IMG/VR virus record: IMGVR_UViG_3300044631_002422
Coordinates: 84,314-148,313 of that record
Length of the DNA stretch: 64,000 nucleotides
Origin: a virus
Reading direction: 5' to 3' (one strand)
Shown: positions 39,679 to 50,619 of the stretch, one piece after another
Layout: every line of letters starts with the position of its first letter
How positions within the stretch are numbered: position 1 is the stretch's first letter
Translations under genes and position numbers: made by a program
Notes under the pieces: model-generated
What the model was told of the DNA's origin: nothing
Databases searched by the model: none
Seen by the model: only the letters and a program-made list of their open reading frames with translations

Positions 39679-41085
39679 CTAATTTGATGGTTGATTATCT
39701 GTCCATACATAGTCAAGATTGAGTGTATAACTACCGCTAATTGGATTCCAAGTTTCAGTCATATTTTCTCTGTATCTTGGCTTGACCGATGGTAGGTATG
39801 TATCAATATAAGCAAGCGCACTAGCGGTTGGTTTTGAAACTCTATTATTTTGGTCCATAGTTACGTCCAAACCTATGCTACGCTTTCTTTCGCCAGTAGT
39901 TTGCATGTCTTGAATAACCGGACCATTTGTTTTTGCAATAATTGGCAAAATTGCAACAATGTTGTTTCCGCCGTCTTCATTGTTGTAGGTAATGTTTAAA
40001 CTAACACTCGCAGCACCCGGAAATGGAACAACTCTATCGTTAAAAGTTTGTCCGATAGTTATAACACCATCTGTTCGATTGTCACTTCTTGATAAAGAAG
40101 ATGAATTGATATTGAATGTTTTTGTTCCGCCAGCAGTTACATAAAAAGTACTTGCCCATGTCGATATATTAGGTTTTATGTAAGTATTGTAAAACGCTAA
40201 AGCATTCGTGTATTTATCAACTGTTCCACCATTTAAATTCAAAGAAGACAAACCACTAACAGTAATATTTACTTCTACATTTTGCGCATCGGCAGTTTGA
40301 TCACCAGTAAAACTAAATTCTATTGTTGAAGTTGCTGGATACAAACTTGTTTGCCAAGTTGTTGTAGCGCTATAAGTGCCTTCAAGAATATCTTGACTAA
40401 TTTGAATTGTGCGATTGTATGTAGAATAACCAACTGGAATTTCAAGAGCTATTAATTGTGGCGACTTTGAAAAATCTTGAGGCACAGTAGTAATTGGGTT
40501 GGTAGATATTCTGCCTTGCACCCAAGCTTTAGCAGCAATATAACCAGAGGAACCGGCAGGAACAGTACCTCCAGAAAGACCGCGAGGTCTTCCTGTGGCA
40601 GAAAGAGTTTGTGTTATTGTAAAAATAGTTTGCGGAAGACCAGTTCCAATATCTGTATATGTTGTTTCGTCTACGCTACTTTCCCAGCTTTCAGATATAT
40701 CAAGCAAATTTGTTTTGCTTAATGTGGCTCCGGTAAAGTCATAAGCCTCAAAATTAAGTGTATAGTCTTGATTTTGAATACCACGACTTGTTTCATCTTG
40801 CTGGGCCGCTTCGGTGCTTAAAAGAAAACAATCTGTAAAAACAAGAGGAACAACACCGTTGATTGTAAGGGTTCCTATTTCCCCAATTGTTTTTGCTATA
40901 GTTTTTACTTGAGCCTGAAGGTCGCTATTTAAAATCAAAGTTCCAATTACAGTAATGCTATACTTAACGCCAAGATCAACACTGTCTTTTTTTACAGGCT
41001 CTGAATTTACACTGTATGTTGGAGATGGATTGTTTACATTTCCAATGTCTATTTGACCGCCACTATATGTAAATGTTATTGACAT
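39679..41085 (-). CDS. putative distal tail/baseplate protein
   Basis: 468-aa Thr/Ser-rich beta protein after the tape measure gene. Confidence 0.55.
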   Translation of the reverse strand: MSITFTYSGGQIDIGNVNNPSPTYSVNSEPVKKDSVDLGVKYSITVIGTLILNSDLQAQVKTIAKTIGEIGTLTINGVVPLVFTDCFLLSTEAAQQDETSRGIQNQDYTLNFEAYDFTGATLSKTNLLDISESWESSVDETTYTDIGTGLPQTIFTITQTLSATGRPRGLSGGTVPAGSSGYIAAKAWVQGRISTNPITTVPQDFSKSPQLIALEIPVGYSTYNRTIQISQDILEGTYSATTTWQTSLYPATSTIEFSFTGDQTADAQNVEVNITVSGLSSLNLNGGTVDKYTNALAFYNTYIKPNISTWASTFYVTAGGTKTFNINSSSLSRSDNRTDGVITIGQTFNDRVVPFPGAASVSLNITYNNEDGGNNIVAILPIIAKTNGPVIQDMQTTGERKRSIGLDVTMDQNNRVSKPTASALAYIDTYLPSVKPRYRENMTETWNPISGSYTLNLDYVWTDNQPSN

Positions 41086-41810
41086 TATTCGTAGCCTATT
41101 TCAAAAAGGGTTGTGGTTTTATTGGTAGGAGTTTTGATAAATAAAGTCGCTGTATTTGTGGTTAATGACCGCCCAGAAGCAAACATTGAAATCGCGGCAA
41201 TTGGATTTGTTTGTTTGATAAACAACGGAATATCTTTTCCTTTATTGAAATCTGTTTCAATATACAAAGTAGTATTTGTTGTATTCGATTGGTCGCCGCG
41301 AATGTACATCGAAATATTTTTGTTTGCAGCTGCGTACCCGCTTATATTTATCACACCCAAAAGCGACAGAGCGCCAATGTCCAAAGGGCTTGTACTACCA
41401 CCTTGAGGAATTTCTGGCGGAACAGGGCGTGTTATGAACAAAGTAGTAAGAGTATTTTTCTCGATGTAATCTGGTCCACGCATCGTCAGTGTTGCGTTTG
41501 TTGCAAACACAGTATTTGGAATGCCATTCATTCTTAAGGTCAACGGATTAGCAATTGACGTTCCTCCATAATTTGGGTCGCCATTCATATAAATTGGCAT
41601 ACTACTAGCGGAAATGCCATCCGATAATGGCAACCCAATAAATAAAGGAATTTCTGCTGACTTTGGGCCAGTAATAAAAAGGTTTGCAGTGTTAACAGTT
41701 TGATAAACAGGCCCAATAAACAAACTTATATCGCCAGAAGCATCTGGGCCTCCGCGTATTGTTAAACTTGCCGTGTTTACAGTTTCTAATCCAAATACCA
41801 TTTTACCCAC
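41085..41810 (-). CDS. putative tail protein with short LFI/LYI repeats
   Basis: Repeated (T/P)LFI and MY(I/M) strands; adjacent to the tape measure gene. Confidence 0.6.
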   Translation of the reverse strand: MGKMVFGLETVNTASLTIRGGPDASGDISLFIGPVYQTVNTANLFITGPKSAEIPLFIGLPLSDGISASSMPIYMNGDPNYGGTSIANPLTLRMNGIPNTVFATNATLTMRGPDYIEKNTLTTLFITRPVPPEIPQGGSTSPLDIGALSLLGVINISGYAAANKNISMYIRGDQSNTTNTTLYIETDFNKGKDIPLFIKQTNPIAAISMFASGRSLTTNTATLFIKTPTNKTTTLFEIGYE

Positions 41811-44800
41811 CAGCCTTGAAGTTGTTTAATCTTGAATCTAATTCTTGGGTTATTATTTCTTTTAGTTTGGGCGTAATAGCTTCGGCTATTTGGTTTTTAA
41901 GAACGTCTCCATTCTGAATATTAAATGCCAAAGTCATATCACCGCTAAATTGATGAGTCACAGTCATTCCGGCAGAAAGAGCAGCAACCAAACTATTTAT
42001 TGACCCACCAATTGTACTAAATGCTGTTATAATGTTATCAATGTTATTTTGAAAATTATCACTAAACGTATCAAAAATAGCTTGCAAAGCTCCAAAATTG
42101 AAAGAAACACCGCCGCCAGTGGCCTGACCGCCATTTTGTAAATAATTCACGCCGCCTACTAAACCTCCTCTTTTAAATCCGGGAACTTTACCTTTGTTTA
42201 AAGAATCCATATAATTTATACCGTATTTTTGTACAGCGTTTTTATTTACTACAAATTCTCCCGCGTTTAACATCGCTGGAATAGTATCTTCTTGACCAGC
42301 AACTCCACCAGAAGAATAATACGAAGGATAAAACCCTCTTGCTTCATATCTAGCGTTTTGAGCAGATGCCCTAGAATTGTATCTTGCTTGCTTAGCTTGC
42401 ATTCTAAGCATATATCTTTGCTCTCTGGTCATCCCTGCCGGATTTTCTCTTGAATCTTGAAGATTTTGTTGTTGCTGAATAGCCATATCTTGAAAATTCT
42501 TTTTTTGCAAGACCATCTGTTCAGCTTTTTGTTTAGCCATCAATTTTATTTGCTCAAATTCGAAATAACTTGGTTCTCTTTCAGATTGAGCAACAAAATT
42601 AGAGTATAATTCTTGACCAGCCTGAGCTTCAATCATAGGATCTATTTCAGTTTCGCTAGTATTAGAACTATCAACTGTAACAGCGTTATTAATATTCAAA
42701 AAGCTATTTTGTTTTTTTAACTGTTTAAATTTATCTCTTTTAGCTTTTCTATCTAAAGCAAGCTGTTTTCTTTTTTCTGATATTCTTACCTCTGCGGCTT
42801 TTTTTTCTGTTAATTTTTTCTGAGTAGACGAATAAGATGAAGATACAGAACTAGCTACTGAGGCTACACCTCCGCCAATATCATTAATAGCACCTCCAAC
42901 AGTATCTACTGCTGACGATATATTTGCGCCAATAGACTGAAACTTTTCTTTACTTGAGTCTAAAGATTGTTGTTTCATTGCCTGTATTCTTTTTTCAGAT
43001 TCAAGAGTTGCTTTTATGAAATAATCTTCAGGTATAGCTTCTTGTTTTTGAGATTTTGCTTGCTGTATTATGTTTAATAATCGGGCGTTTTCTAAATTTT
43101 CTGGAGTGGCAAGTATTTCAGTTCTTTCATTATTAGCAAAAATTTCGCCATTAATACCACGCCTTCCGGCAACAAGCTCATTGGTTGTTCGATATCCGCT
43201 AATAGTTCCTAATTTCTCCTTTTCTTTTTGAAAAGGCGTTTTGTATGTCATATCTTCAAAACTTTTCGCGACATCTTTAAATGGATTTTCTTCTGATTGT
43301 TGGTTTTTGAAATCTTTTATAGCTTGTATTCTATTAGCTAACCCAACTTGATCATAATCTGGATTTAAAAACCCAAAAGAGCCACGACGAGCATAATCTT
43401 CAGATCTTTTAAAAGCTTCTTCAAATTTCATTTTTCCAGCAACAACCTCTTCTGCCAATCCTTGATAAACTTCACCTGAAGATCTGGTGTATTGTTTAGG
43501 CGCAGTTGGACCAAGAGATGCTATTTTAGCAGCTTCAATTTCTAGATTTTTAGGATCTGGATTTCTATTTTCCATTCCCATAAAAATGGGCTGACTTTTT
43601 ACTGAAGAAATAGCATTTTTAGCCAAAGACCTAGATGTACCAAGAGCATTTTCGCCCTTTTTCATAAGATCAAAAAATCCGGGATATTTTTTTTCGCTGT
43701 CTCCTAAAATTTTAGGAAATATTGATCCAGTCTCATCGTATCTTCTAGAAAGAGCAGCTAAACCCGGAAACACTGGTTTTTTTGAACCATCTTTAAGATA
43801 ACGTATTTTCCCACCTTTACTAGCATATTGTGTTGCGCCTAAACTTTCACCGCTGTTTATGGCTTGCAACAATCCTAAATTTTTGTCAGTGGCTTTTGCA
43901 TTAACAACAAATTCTCCCGGAGTTAGCATTGCTGGAATTGTATCTGTTCCGCGCGGTTTAAATATAGAACCTCCGTTAGCCCGATAAACTGCACCACCTT
44001 CAGAAAATTTAGTGACGGGTTTGGTCTCAGACATTAGCTGAGCGTTTGCCATAAGTTTAGTCTGAAGTTCTAATTGTTGTAATATTTTTTCTTCTGTAGT
44101 TGTTTGTGTTGCCAATTCAATTGCTGTTTTTTTATCAACCCCAAAAAAGTTCACTAAATCACGCACAACAAGCTCGGTAGATAATTGCTTTCCTGTAAGT
44201 CCAGTTCCGGCAATTTGAACATCTGATAATTTATCCAATAAGCCAAAAACAGAAGCTCTTATTTCTTCTGGAAGATTTTGAGTTGTCCCGGTTTGTATAG
44301 CTGATAAAATTCCCTGTCTAGCCAAAAGAAAATCTTGTCTTGATTGTTGCCCTCCAGCAACCAAATCTTTTAATACTCCAAACGCCTGCTCTCGCGCGTT
44401 TCGTTCTTTATCTAAAGATTCTGTTAACTTATCTATTTCAGCACTGGAGTTAGCTATTTCCTGCAATGCGTCCGAAGCATCTTTGCTGGTATTTATAAGT
44501 TCCTGTTGAACTCTCAATAAATCAGAAAGTCGTTGTTGAGATGTTTGATCTAATGTAGATCTATTTTTCAAATCACTAATTTCTTTTGTAACCTGAACTA
44601 TTCTTTCGTCTGTTAATTTTTTTACTTGACCTAATTGCTGTATATTTGTAGCATCAAGAGCAATTCCGCCGCGACTAACTTGTCCAGCATTTAATTTTCT
44701 TTGACGGGACTCTTGCTCGACTCTTAATCTTGCAGCAGCCACGCTTTTATTGTTTGCTCTTGCTAAAATTTCCGCTCCAGATGCAACAACATTATTGTAT

Positions 44801-47800
44801 TTATCTATATCAGAAAGTTGGCGTTCTCTAAGAGACTGCTCTGCTTGTAACTGTTGTTGACGTAAATTTAGCTCTTGTTGCTGTGTTGATTGAAGTTTAT
44901 TTATAACGTCAGCGGCATCTTTTGATTGTTGACTTAACGGAGATAATATATTTTGCAATAAATCTTCTGTTATTACTGGATTTTCTCCGGCTGCTTTTGT
45001 TAACTCAGCCGCAATATCATCTAAAACTTTTTTACCAGCATCTCCGCCACCAAAAGTTTCTGATGTTAAACCTATATTTTTTAATATTTGCTCAGCATTA
45101 ATAGATTCGCCCAAATCAAGAGTTTTATTAAGAAGTGTTTCATTAGCTTTAGCAAATATATCGGCGGCATTGGTAAGTTGATTTGCAAATTTTATAGCCT
45201 CTGGATCTTTAGATGTGCGTGCAACTGTTTGAATATCCGATGCAAACCTTGATCTATCTGTCACTTTACTTGGATCTTCAATATTTATAATTGGTTTTAT
45301 GGCATTAGAAAGATCAGCGGCATTGCCGGAAAGAGCATCAGTAAAATCTTTTAATGCGTCAGACTGCGCTTTTATACTATTTTCTTGATCAGCTAAACTA
45401 TTCAAAAATACAGCAGTTTTTCTAGCAGATTCAGCCATTACTAATTGAGCCGCAGCTGCTCTTTTAACGGCTTCTATTTCAGATATTTTTGCTTTTTCAG
45501 ATGCGGCTATTCCGGCATCAAATGCCTTTAATCTACTGTTTGTTTGTTGAGTTATTAAATTTCTTTGTTCGTCGGTTGTAGCCCCAGATAATTTTACAGA
45601 TTGCTCTTCTTCAATGGCTTTTCTTGCGGCATCTGTTGCTTGTTTAAATAACAACACCGACTCTCGCGCAGCGGTGGTGTCTGCAAAACTTAATGATTGT
45701 GATGCGTCTTGTAATGTTTTTCCAGTTTCCTGAACTCTAGTAGCAGCAATATCACTAGCTATTTTTAAAGTTTCAAACGAAGCTTGCGCCCTTAAAGCTA
45801 TTCCCTCGGTTGTAGTCTCGCTAAGACCTCTATCCGATGCTTTTGCTCGTATTTCATCGGGAGTAAGTGCTTTTAACTCAGATTCTTTTAACCCTAAAGC
45901 AGCTGCATCTTCTGAAATTTTGGGCCTAATTTTTTGTGCTGTTTGTATTGCTAAACCAGCCCCAATTTCTTGAGCTTCTAATCTTCTTTTAATTTTTTCC
46001 GGTCCTTGTAAACCCTGCGCCGATTCAATAGAGCTTAAAGCAGAATTTAATTGAAAAGAAGCTTCTGATAGCTTGATGTTTGCTTCATAAACTTCCAATA
46101 TAGATTGGACCTCTTTTTGTCTAGCTGTATTTGCATTTTCAACAGCCGCGTCTGCGGATAACATAGCTAAACCAAACCCGCCAATTGCGCCAATAACTGC
46201 TCCTATCGCAGTTCCAAAAACAGGTACAGAACTTCCTATACTAGCTCCTAAAAGAGCGCCGCCAGCGGTTATGCTAAGAGCAGCAGCAACAGTACTGGTT
46301 TTAAATATTTCAGCAGTATATTCTCTCGCCGCCAATTCACTATCGATACTTTTCTGCAATTCTCCAGCAGCAAAATCAGACTTTCCGGTTTCGGCAACAG
46401 CTGCTAATCTTGCTTTTCTTTCTTTCTCTATTGTATCTGCTTGAGCTTTTGATCTAGCAGAAAGAAATTTCAACGCGCTAATCACGGCTATAACTGCGAA
46501 AGAAACTACTCCAAAAGCTGCCGCCGCCCGAGAACCGGCACTAGCGTTTTGAACTTTGGCCACTGTTTCCGCTTCAGTAGCTCCGGTATTTGCAACTGTG
46601 GCTACAGTATTTGTCAAAAACGACGTAACCATTTGAGTAGTGGTTCCTACTATACCAACTAAAGCAGTAGTAAATCCAGCGGTTTCTGTTATAGCCTGAG
46701 TAGTAACTGCGTCAAGTCCACTAAATTGAGCGGCTAACGCAGCGGCACTAGCACCGAGAAAAACAAAATTCTGCATAGCGCCGCCGATTTGACTTGTTCT
46801 GTTTGCGAAATCTTCTCTATTTTGCTTACCGCCAGTTGCTGCGTCTAAACCGCCTTTAGCTCTAGATGCTAAAGAAGCTTGTTTTTTAACTTCAACAGTA
46901 GTATTTTGAATTACTTGATTTAAAGCGTCTTGAGAAGTCCATCCCAAATTAACAAATTTTTTATATCTTGCAAAAGAATCTTGAAGTTGCTGTCCCTGCA
47001 TACCAACAGCTTTCAACATTCCAGCAGCATATAAAGAGTCTTTTTCAACTTGATTTAAACCAGCAGCATAAACTCCTGTATTTACACTTCCAGCGACTCT
47101 AGTTTCTTTAACTCCCAAATCTTTTCTTTGTTGGTTAGCTGCTTGTTGTTCAGCCCTTCTAGCGGCTTGGTCATTCATAGCGGCAGTAGCATTACCCATA
47201 CCCTTATCTATTTGACGAGCAGCGGCTTGCAAAGAACGGTCAATAAGTTCAGAGCCGTCGCTAATTTTATCAATATTTCTAGTAAAAGCCTTCAAAGCCG
47301 CTTCTACTATTTTTGGATCATCGGTAATATTGTCAAGTTCTGTTGCTAGTCTATCAAAGACTTGCGCATTCTTTTTTACCGCAGCCTCCAAAAGAACATA
47401 GTCTTTAGATGATAATTGCTCTATGGTTGACTGAACTGTTCCGCCAGTAGCAAACTTTTGTACACCAACCACACCTCCACTAGCATAACCAGTAACACCA
47501 TGTTTGTTCATGCGGTTTAGATTTGTGTATCCAATACTTTGAGCAGCCGACTTACTAACAACAAATTCACCGGGAGTAAGCATAGCGGGAACAGTATCTG
47601 AACCAGATATACCCCCACCAGAAGCTCGTTTAACAACTCTTTGCGCCCTTGAGCCTTTTGTGTTAAAAGCATCCAGCGCGGGCTGCTTGCTGCCGCCTTG
47701 AGTAAATATCATATTGGCAAGCGGAATACCAAATAACTGATTTAAATACTCTCCGACACCATCAACGCGGCGAGACTTGGTTATAATCTTTAGATTATTT

Positions 47801-50562
47801 GGATTGATTTGACCGCTTTGAATGGCCGATTGCAATGTTTTTCCAAATTGTGTTAGTGGAGAAGATTTAATATCTTGTAGTCTGCCCGCACCAACAAAAT
47901 ACTTTTTCAATACTTCTTCTTTTGCTTTTTCGGTTTTAGCTTGGGCGTAAGCTTTATCGCCAATTGTTCTAATTAATGTACGGTCTACGTCAAGAGCGCC
48001 GCCGCCAGCTTTGATAATATCTTCAATATTTTTTGGATTTGGAAGAATCGCCCCTTTGGCATTTTCTAATATATCGTCAACCAAAGGATAGTTACTTGGT
48101 TTTACACCAGTGCCAGAACTACCTTTATTAAATTTTTGTACACCTTCAAGATTTCCGGCATTAATATCATTAATGGTTTTATTAATAACTCCGTCAGCGC
48201 CAGTAAATTGACCTCTACTCCTTTTTGCCTCGGCTTTAACTAAATTTTGAATAGCTTTATTTTCAAAGAGAGTTTCTAATTTAGTTTTATTTGCCCCAAT
48301 ACTAGAACTAGGAAAATCAAAACCGGACCTACCGCCAGCGGGTATTGCTCCAGATAAAGCCCCTATCATTCCTTCAAATAAATAACCAGACATAGTTGAT
48401 ATAATTTGCTGATCTTTCAACAAGTTGCCAGATACTTTTTTCATCAAACTTTCGTCTGTATCGATAGCCGGATTAACATCTAATAATTTGGCGCTTTTGA
48501 CTAAACTAACGGTATTTTCAATACCTGCCTTTATACCTAGTTTAGATCCCGCATCTAGAATTCTGCTGTAAGCAGCAGCTTTAAGCGTTTTTCCATTTGC
48601 AATACCTCTTCCGCCGGGATAAAATGTTGGAAATCCAGCACTTGTATCCAAAGTCGCAGTTGTCCCATCTTTGTACTGGAAAGTTGGGTTACTTTTTGGT
48701 CTATAAATATCATCCTGACCTTGAGATGGTTGGAGTATAAAACCGCCAATTTGTCCCGGCAAGACTTTAAATCTCGGACCCTTTTTTGTAGAACCTTCCC
48801 CTTTTGCTTCTTCTGTCTTTTTTATTTCTTGAGAAGCTTGCTGAGTAGTATATTTCTTTTTGATAATACCATCTGCTAAATTTGGATTATTGGCAATTTT
48901 TTGAGCATCTCTATCTGATAAATTTATATTTTGTTCACGATATACAGATTGCACACTTTGCCAATTTCCTTTATCGCCATATAAAGCCCTTTTTCCAGTA
49001 ACAATACCCCCGGCCATATACCCATTAGCATTCATTTGTGCCAATGTACCAGCGCCAATTTTGTTTACACTACTTTTACGAATAACAAATTCGCCCGGCA
49101 TAAGCATCGCCGGAACAGTGTCACGATTTCCAGTACCGGGAACCATACCGCCACTAGCAAACTTGCTCGCGCGAATACCGCTTGGCGCACCAGCAAATCC
49201 ACGCAAAATACCAATACCACTAGCCAATCCCTGACCAGCTTTTAGGGCAAATAAAGTTGTAAGAAGTGGAAGAACTGGTTCCAAAGCTTTACCAATGCTG
49301 ATCATAGCATCAGCAAGTTTAAGCGCTCCAGATATAATACTTCTAAACGAACCACTATCAACTAAACTAGCAATAAACTCATTGAATTTTTCTTTGGTTT
49401 TGTTTATTTGTACTGCTAAAGCTTGTTGCGATGTTTGAGCATCAGCAGCAATTGAACCACTTGCATTTTGAGCAACATTTAACGCCTGTTGCGCCACTGA
49501 AAATTGATTGATAAGAGGAATAACCTTACCAATTTGACGATAACCACCAAGCTCTTCCACAATAGCAGAAAATCTAAAATCACGCGGATCTAAAGATGAT
49601 AATCCTTCAGACAATCTTTTGACAGCTTCAAAAGCTCCAACAAATTGTCCTTCTGAATTTCTAAGCTCGACACCCAATTCCTTCAAAGCATCAACGGTAT
49701 CGCCTCGCTGGATACGAGTAAAAATAGTTCGCAAACCAGTACCAATCGTTTCGGCACTTTCGCGCGTAGTGGCACGAACACTCGTAAACAAAGCAATAAG
49801 CTCGTTTACGCTTCCGCCAGCATTTGAAAATACACCACCAACTTTACTAATAACATCCACAAGGTCGGCAGATTCAACAGCAAAAGCTTTAGAAACAGCA
49901 TTGATGGAATCAAGACTTTGTTCTAAAAATTTAACATCTCCACCAGCCCTTGCGGCTTCGCCACGAAATTGGTTTATAAGTGAAATAGCACCTTCCGTAG
50001 TTGACTGAAGATCATCGAACGATGCCGCTAAAGTTGTTTTCGCAAGAATATCAAGTGACTTTTTAGTTTTATCAGCACTCAAACCAGCTTGTAACAATAT
50101 ACGGGCAGTGCCAGCAAGTTGGGCAGAAGAAACACCTAAAGAAGATGATAGTTTGCGAATTTCATCGGACGTACCGGAAACTTCACGCATTGTTTGTCCG
50201 GTGGTCTGAGATATTTTGACCATTTCATATTCAAAGTCAATCGCGGCACTCGTTGACTTCTTGAATGCGTTAACGAGCGATAATAAACTACCAGTAGCAA
50301 CAGTAATGACACTGAACCTTCTAGCGGATTCAGCCAAAGTTCGATTTAATTCACCAACAGATTTTGTTGAACTTTGCGCGTATTTATTGAATTGACCCAT
50401 TTGCTGATTAGCTTGAGCCAAAGAGCGTCCATCTATTATGGCCTTGAGTTTTATATTACCAAGCGGAGCAAGTTGTTTTTGTACTTGCGAAACCACTTGA
50501 TTGATATTACTTTGATTGGCCTGTAACTGTAATTGTGCCGTTAAATTAAACTTCTGTGCCAT
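41803..50562 (-). CDS. tape measure protein (2919 aa) with repeated PAMLxxGEFV motifs and inserted domains
   Basis: TP901-type N-region (FEYEMVKI...RESAETIGTGLRTIFTRI), Ala/Gly-rich hydrophobic segments, long helical stretches, four DT(V/I)PAMLxxGEFV motifs. Confidence 0.9.
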   Translation of the reverse strand: MAQKFNLTAQLQLQANQSNINQVVSQVQKQLAPLGNIKLKAIIDGRSLAQANQQMGQFNKYAQSSTKSVGELNRTLAESARRFSVITVATGSLLSLVNAFKKSTSAAIDFEYEMVKISQTTGQTMREVSGTSDEIRKLSSSLGVSSAQLAGTARILLQAGLSADKTKKSLDILAKTTLAASFDDLQSTTEGAISLINQFRGEAARAGGDVKFLEQSLDSINAVSKAFAVESADLVDVISKVGGVFSNAGGSVNELIALFTSVRATTRESAETIGTGLRTIFTRIQRGDTVDALKELGVELRNSEGQFVGAFEAVKRLSEGLSSLDPRDFRFSAIVEELGGYRQIGKVIPLINQFSVAQQALNVAQNASGSIAADAQTSQQALAVQINKTKEKFNEFIASLVDSGSFRSIISGALKLADAMISIGKALEPVLPLLTTLFALKAGQGLASGIGILRGFAGAPSGIRASKFASGGMVPGTGNRDTVPAMLMPGEFVIRKSSVNKIGAGTLAQMNANGYMAGGIVTGKRALYGDKGNWQSVQSVYREQNINLSDRDAQKIANNPNLADGIIKKKYTTQQASQEIKKTEEAKGEGSTKKGPRFKVLPGQIGGFILQPSQGQDDIYRPKSNPTFQYKDGTTATLDTSAGFPTFYPGGRGIANGKTLKAAAYSRILDAGSKLGIKAGIENTVSLVKSAKLLDVNPAIDTDESLMKKVSGNLLKDQQIISTMSGYLFEGMIGALSGAIPAGGRSGFDFPSSSIGANKTKLETLFENKAIQNLVKAEAKRSRGQFTGADGVINKTINDINAGNLEGVQKFNKGSSGTGVKPSNYPLVDDILENAKGAILPNPKNIEDIIKAGGGALDVDRTLIRTIGDKAYAQAKTEKAKEEVLKKYFVGAGRLQDIKSSPLTQFGKTLQSAIQSGQINPNNLKIITKSRRVDGVGEYLNQLFGIPLANMIFTQGGSKQPALDAFNTKGSRAQRVVKRASGGGISGSDTVPAMLTPGEFVVSKSAAQSIGYTNLNRMNKHGVTGYASGGVVGVQKFATGGTVQSTIEQLSSKDYVLLEAAVKKNAQVFDRLATELDNITDDPKIVEAALKAFTRNIDKISDGSELIDRSLQAAARQIDKGMGNATAAMNDQAARRAEQQAANQQRKDLGVKETRVAGSVNTGVYAAGLNQVEKDSLYAAGMLKAVGMQGQQLQDSFARYKKFVNLGWTSQDALNQVIQNTTVEVKKQASLASRAKGGLDAATGGKQNREDFANRTSQIGGAMQNFVFLGASAAALAAQFSGLDAVTTQAITETAGFTTALVGIVGTTTQMVTSFLTNTVATVANTGATEAETVAKVQNASAGSRAAAAFGVVSFAVIAVISALKFLSARSKAQADTIEKERKARLAAVAETGKSDFAAGELQKSIDSELAAREYTAEIFKTSTVAAALSITAGGALLGASIGSSVPVFGTAIGAVIGAIGGFGLAMLSADAAVENANTARQKEVQSILEVYEANIKLSEASFQLNSALSSIESAQGLQGPEKIKRRLEAQEIGAGLAIQTAQKIRPKISEDAAALGLKESELKALTPDEIRAKASDRGLSETTTEGIALRAQASFETLKIASDIAATRVQETGKTLQDASQSLSFADTTAARESVLLFKQATDAARKAIEEEQSVKLSGATTDEQRNLITQQTNSRLKAFDAGIAASEKAKISEIEAVKRAAAAQLVMAESARKTAVFLNSLADQENSIKAQSDALKDFTDALSGNAADLSNAIKPIINIEDPSKVTDRSRFASDIQTVARTSKDPEAIKFANQLTNAADIFAKANETLLNKTLDLGESINAEQILKNIGLTSETFGGGDAGKKVLDDIAAELTKAAGENPVITEDLLQNILSPLSQQSKDAADVINKLQSTQQQELNLRQQQLQAEQSLRERQLSDIDKYNNVVASGAEILARANNKSVAAARLRVEQESRQRKLNAGQVSRGGIALDATNIQQLGQVKKLTDERIVQVTKEISDLKNRSTLDQTSQQRLSDLLRVQQELINTSKDASDALQEIANSSAEIDKLTESLDKERNAREQAFGVLKDLVAGGQQSRQDFLLARQGILSAIQTGTTQNLPEEIRASVFGLLDKLSDVQIAGTGLTGKQLSTELVVRDLVNFFGVDKKTAIELATQTTTEEKILQQLELQTKLMANAQLMSETKPVTKFSEGGAVYRANGGSIFKPRGTDTIPAMLTPGEFVVNAKATDKNLGLLQAINSGESLGATQYASKGGKIRYLKDGSKKPVFPGLAALSRRYDETGSIFPKILGDSEKKYPGFFDLMKKGENALGTSRSLAKNAISSVKSQPIFMGMENRNPDPKNLEIEAAKIASLGPTAPKQYTRSSGEVYQGLAEEVVAGKMKFEEAFKRSEDYARRGSFGFLNPDYDQVGLANRIQAIKDFKNQQSEENPFKDVAKSFEDMTYKTPFQKEKEKLGTISGYRTTNELVAGRRGINGEIFANNERTEILATPENLENARLLNIIQQAKSQKQEAIPEDYFIKATLESEKRIQAMKQQSLDSSKEKFQSIGANISSAVDTVGGAINDIGGGVASVASSVSSSYSSTQKKLTEKKAAEVRISEKRKQLALDRKAKRDKFKQLKKQNSFLNINNAVTVDSSNTSETEIDPMIEAQAGQELYSNFVAQSEREPSYFEFEQIKLMAKQKAEQMVLQKKNFQDMAIQQQQNLQDSRENPAGMTREQRYMLRMQAKQARYNSRASAQNARYEARGFYPSYYSSGGVAGQEDTIPAMLNAGEFVVNKNAVQKYGINYMDSLNKGKVPGFKRGGLVGGVNYLQNGGQATGGGVSFNFGALQAIFDTFSDNFQNNIDNIITAFSTIGGSINSLVAALSAGMTVTHQFSGDMTLAFNIQNGDVLKNQIAEAITPKLKEIITQELDSRLNNFKAGG

Positions 50563-50589
50563 CGTTTTACCTTCTTAGTATTAAAATAC

Positions 50590-50607
50590 GTGGGGCCGAA
50601 GCCCCAC
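50590..50607 (-). terminator. cUUCGg tetraloop hairpin upstream of the tape measure gene
   Basis: Minus strand reads GTGGGGC-TTCG-GCCCCAC, then GTATTTT. Confidence 0.65.
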
Positions 50608-50619
50608 TACTTTCCATAC

